DNA from: Phallusia mammillata
Taxonomy: Eukaryota
Reading direction: 5' to 3'
NCBI GenBank assembly: GCA_965637545.1
Contig: OZ281499.1
Location: 7,936,001 to 8,000,000, forward strand
Length of the DNA: 64,000 nt
Numbering within the stretch: the first letter of the stretch is position 1; the number at the start of each line of letters is the position of its first letter. Positions 34,801 to 45,739 of the stretch are shown here, one piece after another. The notes under the pieces were generated by a model, which was not told where the DNA came from, did no database searches, and worked only from the letters and a program-made list of their open reading frames with translations. Both the position numbers and the translations under genes were made by a program.

Positions 34801-37800
34801 AATGTTTGTTTAGTGCTTTGTGAACACACACACAAAAAAAAAGAAGTGTACGGTTTTTTGTTAGTCCTGTGGTCATAAGTAATAAACACAATATTGTTTT
34901 CGTTTAAACTTCAAGTTCCATTGTAGTTTGTCAAACTGGCATCACATATTTGTAAAAAAAGTTTTCTTTCAAACGAGTGCCGTTTTAATTGCATTCAATA
35001 TACTCTATTTGATGTTTTACGAAAGAATGGTAGCGTCTTTATTGCATTGTTGGGTAACACTGTGGATTAACATTTGTAGCTTGTCCAGAAAAAATGCGTT
35101 TACCTGCCGCTACCATCGACTCTGTAGCAGAGGTGTTAAGCGAAATTTGCATCAACCAGGCGATTTTGAATATGAGCCACTGCATTGCTCCGAGATAGTA
35201 CATTATAGAGATGAATGCGCCGAAGTACAAGACAATAGGAAGCACCTGCAAAAAGTAACAGCTTTATAAATTATAAGTTACTCGTTTACGTTTTGCTGTG
35301 TGAAATAAATGTGTAATGTATAAACCATATTTCACACAAATAAACTTTTGCAGAGCTTTATTATTGGCCTAAAGTTTAAATAGTTTTGATGGCAAACTTT
35401 TTTGTAAGTACTAAGTACCATTTATCTGTGACAACTGTTGAAATTTCCAGACGATGTAGTACTTTTATTCACAGTCGGTAATACTGAATTAAACGAACGG
35501 CGTTGCTACGAAAACCAGACATTTGAACGAACACAACTATAGTAGCGCCACAGTTTTACTGGAAGGAAAGCCGATGGGGGCGTTGCCTGGGCGTGGCAGA
35601 TGCGGTGCACGTTTGGTTTGCATCTGAGCACGGCGGTAAATGCGTGTACAGGAGGTCAACAAGGTACAGGAAAGTATATGCTAGCAGCCAAAAAGGTCGT
35701 TTGGACACAGACTTATATTTCACACAAGTAATATCTAAGCCCATGCACGTTTTAAAAGCAGAATGCCACAAATGAAGGAACCTTATACACAGACCTTGAA
35801 ATAAGTACTTAATTATAAAACATAACTGCTTAAACAACAATTTAATACGTGAACAAGTCACTTTTTGCTGAAATATACATGGGAGCTTAAATTCCAATTT
35901 TCCATTTTTACACTTAGCTGCTATTTCTATTAACTTCCTACCTTAAAGGCAAAGTAATGATCCTGGAAAGATTCACCAAACACAAATTCTGCCCCGGCAT
36001 CTACGTAGTTAATAAAGGTCTGTGCCAAGTTGCCAACCCAGTTAAAGGCTTCAAAACCAGCCTGGGTACGTAGAATAAACATTCCAAAGCATACTTGAAT
36101 GAAGTAGCCCCACAGCACTGGTCTCCATATAACCTAATAGAGTTCAAAATAACGTTAAAGCAGTTTTCACAATTTCATTCAAGTCTTTGTATAGTGCTCC
36201 TAACCTTGTTGGATTTATGTTTTTAATTTAGAGAACAAAAAAAAATTCTAAAAAAAATAAATACAGGGTGATAATAAGGCTGGTCATTTAAGCACATTGT
36301 TTTTTACCTTATAAAAATTCCTGAAAATTTAAACCTTACCCTGTCCGGATATTTTGAGGTAATAAACAAGCCGAAAAGAAAGACCAAGTAGCCTCCACCA
36401 GAAACCAGTTGCTCTGGCCGCTTTGACGTATCCAAAGCAATCCACACAGCTAGCCCTGCTACTACAATAGCAATGAACAACCTAAAACAACAAGGATACT
36501 GTGATAGCAGAAATATAGCACATGTAAGCAGTTTACACATTTTTAAATTATACCAGCTTGTGTGCAAACCATTAATAAAATGGTATGAAATGGGCAATAG
36601 TTTATTGTTTTGTTTTTGTTTTTCAAAATGAAACCAAATTTTAACACACCACTTGATCCAAGTCATGTTACGGCCTATCAGTTTGTAGAGTGGATAAAAA
36701 GCCTCAGTTACAGCATCTCCATAATGATCTCGGAAAAGTGCATAGATGTTATATCCAACCACCACACACCATATAACGAGCAAAGGCATTGCTCTGCTCA
36801 AATTCCATATGCAAGCAACAATCATGTATGCTGTTATACCTACATAGAGGAAAATCAACAGTGGGAGTTACAATGTGAAAAAAAATACTAATGCAATGTA
36901 TTTTAAACGAGTGTGAAACGAAATTCAAACACTTACCAAGGAAAAAAGCCACACCAAAAATCTTGAGCAGAATACTTTTATTGTCGGCAAAAAATTGTGT
37001 GACCAAATGTATGGGAGTAGTAATAAATCTGAATATAAATACAAACGGGTTTTGTTAATGAAAACTAGAGATGTACCGAATATTCGGTTTGCCGAATTTA
37101 TTCGGCCGAATTGGTCATTTTTGCAAAGATTCGGTTTCGGCCAAATAATTTGTTGCGATTCGGCCGAAACCGAATCTTTTACGAACACAAATTTAAAACG
37201 TTAAATGTGTCTTTTCTGATTATTGAGGTACCACGCAATCTTTCAAAAGCCCAAACATAACGAAAATCGCATCAATTTGTATCTTTTTCAACATATTATT
37301 GTTTTTTCCAATGTAGTCAAAAAATAGTAATTCATTGGCAGGTTGCCAATCATGCTTGAGGCAATTTTAAACCCCACAGAACTGAAATTAGGACGAAACA
37401 CAACTATTCTGCACTAGTTGCCTGGTAAATAAACATTTTTTTCATGTCAAACGCATACTGTACGAAGTCACGTGACGTCATAAATGATTCGGCCGAATAT
37501 ATTCGGCAAAACCGCCGAATATTCGGTTTCGGCCGAATCGAAATTTAGCCGATTCGGTACAACACTAATGAAAACCTATACATCCAGACCAATCAACATT
37601 ACATATTAGTGTGTGAAGCAAAAACAATTATCTGCAATTATCTTTGTGAATATTTTAATCAGTAAATCGTAATAGTGGATATTTTTCGTATTAACCGCTT
37701 GTACCTCAAAAAAGATGTTGTCTCATAATTGTGGTCGTCATCATCATCTTCAATGTCAAGTTTTTCATGCTTCAACAAATCATTGGAAGAATTGTCGGGC

Positions 37801-38782
37801 GTTGACATCAATTTCTTCTGACTAGAATCCACTCCATTCTCATCAGACTAAAAACAAACATAAAACTACTAAAATGTCATGTTTTTTAAGCACAGAGGTT
37901 GCTAAACTGTTGCTATTTCAAGACACCTTTTTAGCTCTATAACCATTAAAAATTATGCAGCATATCCTGCAGGTTTTAATTTTAGGTATTCAAGACAACA
38001 TTTTGTCCTGTTCTCTAAGAAATTGGCTCTTGCAACTTTAAAATTTGGGAATCATATTTCTAGTACAATTCCCATTATATTTTATCTGTTTGCATACCAT
38101 TTCATTGTAGTAGTTATCTGACATAATTCTTCATGTAGACAGGTCTTACACAAATACATACAATATAACTTTTAGAGGCGGGGCTTTGTGTTTATATGCA
38201 TTTGTTTCAAGTAGCATGATCTCAAGAGCTCATAAGTGCCCATATAGTCATGCGTCAAAAAACTGACTCATGCATTCAGTGAAGTGAGTTCACTCCTAGA
38301 TCATTAGCGATGTAGCATTGTGTGTGACATAAATTGTTTCTACAGAGTTACTAAAATTTTTTTTTTTAAACAACCAAAAATCTTTGTTTGCCAAAAAAAT
38401 TAGCAAGTTACTAGGGTCGTTTCTTTGATTTGAACCGTGTAGATAGTATTTGTTTAATAAACTGTAGATGCTTTGAAAGACAGATAACTAACTATTTCTT
38501 TAGTAATTATATATCAACTATTTTTCACACCGTATTTGTCAAATAAGAAGAAAATCCAGAGGAATTGCTTTCAATGTCGACTATAGCAGAATTGTTTGCA
38601 TTTGCTCTTGGAGAATGATCATCAAGTAACGGAACTTCTGACTCATTTAAAGCAGTTTCTTTGCCACATATGTCATCCAATGTGTGCGGTATTTCATGTG
38701 CACAGAAATTAATGCTGCAGTCGATATGTTTTTTATGTCGAATTATTTTTCCAGCTTCATGAAAGCCATGGTTTTCAGACAT
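28837..38782 (-). CDS. SLC28A3: Concentrative nucleoside transporter, CNT3-like (SLC28 family), ~729 aa with the 38531-38782 first exon
   Basis: 15 phase-consistent exons: 38531-38782, 37705-37847, 36937-37028, 36650-36839, 36340-36481, 35942-36133, 35104-35245, 34556-34701, 34156-34286, 33234-33402, 32843-32911, 31144-31363, 30880-30978, 29339-29450, 28837-28927 (TAG). Motifs: [47 protein letters not shown] and a Cys-rich C-tail. The GQ and TI selectivity pairs match CNT3. Confidence 0.95.
29514..29812. mobile_element. MITE-like element with CTACTAACACAAGAACTCACA-type inverted ends and TTAGGG-like interior
   Basis: Inverted ends shared with 62894-63085; interior homologous (reverse) to ~50995-51110. 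Confidence 0.65.
29842..30192. mobile_element. MITE with long TIRs (CTCTAAAATACGCAATCTA...GACGGTTAGGGCT)
   Basis: Long imperfect inverted repeats at both ends; left arm carries a local TACGCAATC triplication; no clear TSD. Confidence 0.7.
31033..31074. repeat. Exact 21-bp tandem duplication (ACTATTTACAAAACATCAACC x2), intronic
   Basis: Read directly from the sequence. Confidence 0.9.
31483..31784. mobile_element. Degenerate Ac-like hAT MITE (CCCGAA repeats)
   Basis: Starts GAGAGATGTAAACGGGCC and ends near GGCCCGAC; related to 20971-21085 and 60268-60516. Confidence 0.6.
31998..32432. mobile_element. Non-autonomous Ac-like hAT element (TAGTGATG ends, GTACTCG/GGTATCG repeats)
   Basis: TIR TAGTGATGGGACG / CGTCCCATCACTA; exact TSD GCAATCGC (31990-31997 / 32433-32440). 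Confidence 0.93.
33702..34126. mobile_element. Ac-like hAT MITE (TAGAGATGTACCGAAT family), older copy
   Basis: Homologous to 37066-37567; near-TSD GTTTAAAC / GTTTAACA. Confidence 0.8.
37066..37567. mobile_element. Ac-like hAT MITE (TAGAGATGTACCGAAT family)
   Basis: Ends TAGAGATGTACCGAAT / ATTCGGTACAACACTA; exact TSD ATGAAAAC (37058-37065 / 37568-37575); GCCGAA subterminal repeats. Confidence 0.92.
38098..38124 (-). CDS. Candidate alternative first coding exon of the SLC28 gene (9 aa, MSDNYYNEM)
   Basis: ATG with upstream in-frame stop and a phase-0 donor ATG|gtatgc. Short, so it could be chance. Confidence 0.3.
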
Positions 38783-40363
38783 TTTGAAAGGTAGTTGTGT
38801 ATTCAAGCAGCGTTTTGAACAGATTGAGTATAGTGTTATTAGATAACGGATGAGCAGCAAAAATTAGCAACCAAGTTTGGTTCAGAGTTTCAGACACGGC
38901 ATTTTTTGTGTAGGTAAAGGCAAGACGAAATAGACAAATTTAGGTAAAGCAGAAAATATGATTGACTGAAAAATAACAAGAAAACTTTTAGACGAAGCAC
39001 TATTACACCAATATATCATTACAATTAGCTCACTGCGGCATAAATACTGCTCTTCAGCACACTTGATACTGTACAATTTATCCTGCTTTAAACGAAATAA
39101 TTTACCAGCTAATTTGGTAGTCACATTAACTCTAAGGCAGTCTTACAGCAGGCATGCCAAAAATATGCCGGTAAAATACTGCTAAAAATGCGTGATGAAT
39201 GCTGTTACTACGCCAACTGAACTGAGGCTTGCAAATAACAAGGCACTGCCCACTTTTCGTGTAACTCCCGCCGGTAAAATTACGAATTCAACCAGTACGC
39301 GGGAAGTGAGGATCCCACCAAAATTTGACAAAACGCGCACTGTTACGTCATAGTCAAACCACGTGTACCGGTCCATGACACATCCTTAAAACAAAACCGA
39401 AATTGAAATCGAGTTATTCTGTCCAGGCGCAAAGTACTGATGATTTTATTTTTTTGTGGTCTTTGTAAACAATATAAATACGTTACTGTTTCGAAAATAT
39501 AGGTATGTTTAGATTTGTCACATTGACTGTTTTAGTACTTGTCACATCGTCTTTAAATGTGGGCGTTTCGGGGGATAGTTGGCCAATCACAGGCACGAAA
39601 ATTGTAAGGAGAAAAGGTGGGAAATTTACTACGAATCGAGGAAATATGAATGGCGCCAGCCGTTGCTTTGAGCCGTGCGCAAACCGTGAAGCAACGTAAG
39701 GAAGCGTTTATTTGAATATCGCTAAAACTTTTGTTTGTTTTGTTTTCGACATTTAGAGTGTCATGGTTCTATTTTTTGACCACACAGACCACTTTTATTA
39801 CACAATTTAGTTTTTACAATAATAACAGCAGGGAAATATGATTTTTATGTTGTGCTGGTAGGAGACTATGAGTCGCCTTTTATTTTAGAAACACCTGTAA
39901 TTTCGGTTTAGTTTGCATGTACAAAAATGTGAACGTATATGTTTGTTTGGCGCAATATTCTTGCTATTCTCCTTTTTTGCTGACAGTCTAATCTAGGATG
40001 CAAAAGATTTGTAAAAAATGATTTTTTTCAAGCTTTGTACCACTAGCGTTGTTGTGATTGTACCCACAACCACAAAAACTTGCAATAAGGCCAAAATCAA
40101 GTCAAATCTATTTGTATTGGCACTTTCGTTGAATGGTTTCGTAAAACATTAAAGACGAAATAAGTCAAGTGTCCCAGCAGATGTACAAGTGAAACTTTTC
40201 AATATCATTGGCTGCCACGGAAAACCAAACATGTTTTGGCTCAGTTTAAGCATTTGCCAACGTTCGGCTCGGCTTGGCATATCAACATACACTCATTACT
40301 ATCGGTGCAGGTGTATATGACCTTAATGCTTTATTTTCTGAAAAATATGACACATAGATTTAC

Positions 40364-40426
40364 CTTATTAAAGTTTGAATTTTTATCTGAAGTATTCTCC
40401 CCTCTGGAAGCTGTTGTTTGATCCAT
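40364..40426 (-). CDS. Candidate alternative first coding exon of the SLC28 gene (21 aa, MDQTTASRGENTSDKNSNFNK)
   Basis: ATG preceded by an in-frame stop, open to a phase-0 donor AAG|gtaaat; a plausible 5'UTR intron lies at ~40481-40554. Confidence 0.4.
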
Positions 40427-41768
40427 TCACCTTGTCCCTTTTTTAAATATTTTGCACTGTTTTTGCTTATTTAAACGTTTCTAGCAGAATTGAGACACGT
40501 TGGGAGAATCCTCCCACTGATTAAGTTTTCTTCGCTATTTTGCCAGTATGCTACCTTACCGATGTTTATAGTTCCGTAAACTTAGAACCGCAGTACTTAG
40601 GTAGCGACGGGATGCATTTGTTATGAAAGGATTTTTAGAAGGCAAAAATGCACAATAAAGGGGACTGTTTGGTTACATTCAAATTTGATACAACCGGAGA
40701 AAAGTCGTATTTTGCCGGACGAAGATAGTTACTGAACGTCAAATCCTTGCGAATTCTAGTGAAACAGCAGTTAGTTGCTCGTCATATCTATTGTGTTTAT
40801 GCACCAATAGGGTTTATATATATTCGTATATATGTATACTCGTACCAAAGAGTATTACTTTTTGTGTCAACACTACTATTTGAAACCTTGATCAAAATCT
40901 AAATTATTGTCAGATTTGAAGTTGTTGATAACCCCTTAGGAACTAAGGCAAATTTCAACCCGTCAGCGTTTATTTACTTCGTATACAGCTTCCAACATTT
41001 ATGTTTTCCAGCTGTCTTCAAGTGCGTCACTGCATGCATGATACGCGTAACAGTTGTCCTTGGTAACCAATAAGACATGCACGATACAGTCCACTGAACA
41101 AAATTCCATAAGTGGTCCTTGACGTGCGTAATAATGTAAACGCGCTTTAGCTGGGAGGGAGAACAAACACCTACCAACTTCTTTATGTTTTGACCGTAAA
41201 AGTTCTTTCACGGCATGTCTGTGCCCTCGCCGCCAGCGTTGTTTGGCTTTTCGCTAGTGGATTAATGTTTACAGTTTGGGAAATCACATCACCAGGTGGT
41301 TTAATGAATCACATCGGCGAATTTTAATCACCCCGGTTTAAATTTACTAAAAACTCTTCTGTAAACCTTGTTGATTAAAAGAACGCGATAAGTAAAACTA
41401 AAAACGATTTTAAAATCAGTTAATTCACCTCGCTACAAATGCTACTTTTTTGTGACAACAAATTAAAACGGAGCTTAGTTAAGTTGGTGCCGTGCGTTCT
41501 TTTGCGAAAACGTTCAACCTGCGGCAGTTTAAATTTCATATGGTCTCCGTAAAGGGTCCATACAACTAAAGAATCTCAACTCTAGGGGTAGATTTGAAGG
41601 TTTGTACACAGAAGGCGAAGAATTAGTAATCTAACAATTTTCCTCAATGACAAACATTGGTTGGTCTTATGTTTTCCAACTAGATCTCAGGTTGGCATTG
41701 TGTTCCCAAGGAGTTATAAAGAGCCGTAGGTATTGTTAGCACGCACAAAACAAATACTTGGTACCAAC

Positions 41769-41885
41769 CCTTTTAAAGGCTGGATTGTCCACACCATCCA
41801 GCTCCAGGTTCTTCACTTTTATTATGATTCCGTCGGTATTCGCAGTCCTCGTGCTAAATGATGTGCTCTTCTCCATTTCCGACAT
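41769..41885 (-). CDS. Candidate alternative first coding exon of the SLC28 gene (39 aa, MSEMEKSTSF...LDGVDNPAFKR)
   Basis: ATG-initiated and open, ending at a phase-0 GT donor (AGG|gttggt) compatible with the phase-0 acceptor at 37847. Ends in a DNPAF motif typical of transporter cytosolic N-termini. Confidence 0.6.
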
Positions 41886-44800
41886 TATTAATCTTTAGTC
41901 CAGATATCAGTCTTTAGGTAATGTAATTAATGATTCTTTCAGCACAGCAGTTTTAAAAAATGTCCCTAAAAGTTTAGTGTTGCATAAGAAATGTTAATTT
42001 TTGAACTGAATTCGCTAAACAAGTACAAATTCTGAGAATAGCTATCAAGTTCCTCCCATAGGTAAGTCGAGACGAATCGTGTAATTGTAAACATTCCTTG
42101 CTGGTTCAACTGTTTGTCTTACAACAGGCAAGTTAAGGTTCAATGGTGTTTGCATTGCGTGCTATCGCTAACACATATCAATAAAATCCAAAACAAGGTC
42201 TAATAAACTTTTAGGGCATTGTATACATAGTTCAACATCCATGAAAAGCATACTGTTTATCCTATATAGCTGTTATTCTTTAGTTTACTCTACACTTCTG
42301 TTTTGAAAACCTGTTGCTGTAGTATTCCATGCACGCCAGCAATTGCCGATGATCATCTTAAATGCTCCAGGGTCTGACGCAGCGTTCATACCGTATACTA
42401 TTATAATCTACATACATTTGGACTCGCACGCAGGGCCTTATATACTCTACCAAAATTTAAGATTGCTGCAGAAAAACATGAAACTTCGTTGTTTTTAATT
42501 CAAAGTATCGTTTCTTTTTTGTGCGATTCCACTCACAGTAGTATTGCTGATTCATTCAATGGGTCACGTAACAGCCACACGTGAACCCTACTGTTGTTTT
42601 GAAAAGCGCGATTCTTAAAAACGCTGCGGCTCTGACTAATGATGGTTGCTTGGTGTCATGCTGGAGCATTGCGTCAAACGACTTCTGAGCAAACACTCAA
42701 ACACAGGACAAACAAATCCAATCTCCCACAGTTTAAACGACCATTGTTCGAAAATTAGGTCCTGTTTGTCCGAACTTTGCACTGGCGAACTCGTTTTTTT
42801 GTCAGCTTAGGCATTAGAAGGTGATTAACGTTCGTTGTACAACAATTTTTCACAAAGCCCGGCGTGGTATTGGCATGTTCAACACCCTTGTACTGTAAGA
42901 ATCGATAAGCTGATAGAATTTATATCGAAATTTAATAAATATAATTACCCATCAGTACCATATTGATGTAATGGAAAATAAATTATCGCTGACACCTGTG
43001 GACGTATTTTACATAAGATTAACCAGTCCTTAAAGCGTTGCAACATTAATACACTGAAAGCAATCTATTAGCTAAATGGCGAACAAAAAACACCAATTTG
43101 TCGTTACTGTAGGTGCCGACTGTTGTTTATCAATTTTCTAAACCGATAAAGTTTAAATAGAACACCTGGAATTGTTTGCTTTTTTATTTGAACTTTGATG
43201 AATCAGCAGACACGTCAATTAACATTAATGCCGCTTTAAATTTCTCCTTCAGTAAGTGACTAATACAGCTGAATCAAGGGAATAAATATATATATATCTT
43301 CATTTTTGTTTAGAAATTTCGTTTTCTTTCTAGAAACCAACGCCCGTCTGAACGTGATGGAATTGATGTAATACAATTCTGTGGGTTTATTTTTCTGTGA
43401 ACTATCCATCAGCAACTCGAAATATCTTGCGGCACGTTTTTATTCTCTCAACTGCTAGCAATAAAAAAACACAAAAACTCCTCTACTGTCAAAACATCAG
43501 AAATTTTTATGAAGAAACCAGTGTGAAAGACCCTTGGCTGAATATAATTTACGGGTATATATACAATTAATTTTTCACAAAAAATATATTTCGCAATAAG
43601 TTTTCGACGTCGTAAAAACCTTACGAAACTCAAAAAAACTCATGCATCGACTGCAAAAGTTAAAATCTAAACAACATTTAACAACTCAAAAACATTGGTT
43701 GCTAAAAATGCATTTTCTGTGCATAAAAAACGTTATTGTAAGCACGAAACATCAGAAATGGCTTTTGACTAACATCTGGAAATCGCCATGTTCGTTAGAC
43801 ATAAACGACGGGCCGCGTTTTTAATACATAGTGGAACAACATACTGGACAACATCCCGGCTTATATTCGCATGCGTTTCCTATGCGTATATTGCTGTTGA
43901 GCCTTCAGCTGCATCATAAACTATTTTACGACTGTCATTGCAAACTCTCTGCTGACTTAGTTTTATAACCAGTAACAAAATACTCTGCTGTTCAGTGTGT
44001 GCTGTGCCCCTGACAACACGGCTAACTTTACCTCTTCAAATATTTGATTTTGTGCAGGGCCCAAATGTGGAATATCATTTAATCAATTTGTGGATTATCC
44101 AGGCGACTACGTGCAGAAATATTCATCTGCAACTAACTCCGCAAATTAATCTTATTGCTACCAATATGTGTTCAAATAACATTTAACCTATTGTACGATT
44201 CAAAATGTTGACGTGTGTGACTGCATCTGGATCATGTATCACCTGTTCAAGCTTTAGGTGAGATCGGAAACCACCAGACTTTCACACTTTGTAAAAAATA
44301 CTTGACCTGTATTCACGATGGAATCGAGACACACTTCAGAAATAGGTTTACCTGCTTATTCTAATACCTTTCTATGGGTAATTATGTCCTTGTGAGTTCA
44401 CATCATAAATAACAAAAGCAAACTTTTAAATCACTTTCTTTTACCCATATATCATATTTCAAAAATATCATAAACTAGATGAAAAAAAAATCGTTTTAAT
44501 ATGACTAAAACGTTGCTCCTGTCGGATGTTAAGTTGTTGCAAAACGTGGATAAAAGCAACCTTAAAAGCAGCTTCTTGGTTAAATGCTTTTGACAAATAT
44601 TTACTTAAGCCTTGCCTATGCTAAACCAATATGGCATTTGTAGGCATGTTGTGCATCCAAGTCCTAAACTTCCAAGTCCAATAAATCAGTGGTTTAAAAA
44701 TAGCTACAACAAATGTAAAAACCGGTGGGTTCGCAATCAGAAAGTGTTTACAATCCAACAGAGTGAATTTAGGTTATTTCACTTTAAAAATCAGTCTGCG

Positions 44801-45739
44801 GTTTCATTACTCCCTTGCAAACGTCCTACAAGATTTGTCGTTCACTTGGAACTTTAAATCAAAGTAATAGGTCATATTTTCTCCGGTACGAAAACAACAA
44901 AAAATGCATTGTTATTCTTTCAATTTAGAACGATGGGTTTGTGACGAACAATACCCTTAAAGAGAAAGATTGTTTGCGAACATGTTATGCATGAGTGATT
45001 CCCTCCCTTTGGAAATTCCACAAGCAACTTTTGAGTGTTTTTGTACGGTGTACGCTTGCCTGTGCTATTTTAACTTGTACGGTCTAGAAAACTGCTGGAA
45101 AATTCTTCAATCTGACTTAGTGATGTTTAATAAATAGGCCAACGGGAAATTGAACGGACAACTGAAGTCTTCAAATGGAATAAAAGTTGTTAGGTAAGTT
45201 TACTAAACGATTTGCTTTTTCAGCGTGCTACTGTCGTGAATGACCCAGTTTTTCAATGGTGTTTGCTGTAAAAAAAAACTGACATGAACATGCAAGATTT
45301 TGCGGAAATATTTGGAGGTGTAGGAAAGTTGATCTATTCCTGCTTAAAGTCTATCTAGTGCTTTTGGTGTTGTTTAGGATCACATCATGCTTAAGCCTGT
45401 ATGTTTTTGGTAGTTATGGTCCTGTTTCTGTGCACCTTCATAACACTTATGATTAAAAACAAATCTGTTTTGTTAAAACAAAATGTATTTTTCATGATAG
45501 GTTGTCTCTTCTTTCAGTGTGATGCTTATCCTTGATTTCTGGTTACATGGACAAGTAAATGGAAGTTCTGTTACTCTGGAAAATAAAACATTCATTGTTT
45601 AAACCCAACAGCAAAAAGAGTACAGAATACGTGATGGATTTGTTGAAATTGTGCCTTTTTGGTTTTTGTATGAATAAAAAATGGGGCGACTTTTCTGCAC
45701 AAATGAAAAGACTGTTTACCAGCAGGTAAGTAAACCTAC

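Noticed and set aside
41174-41218. ATG CCG TGA ... AAG TTG|gtaggt on the minus strand, a possible fifth CNT first exon
   Set aside because: In-frame stop at codon 3; could be a dead exon or chance.
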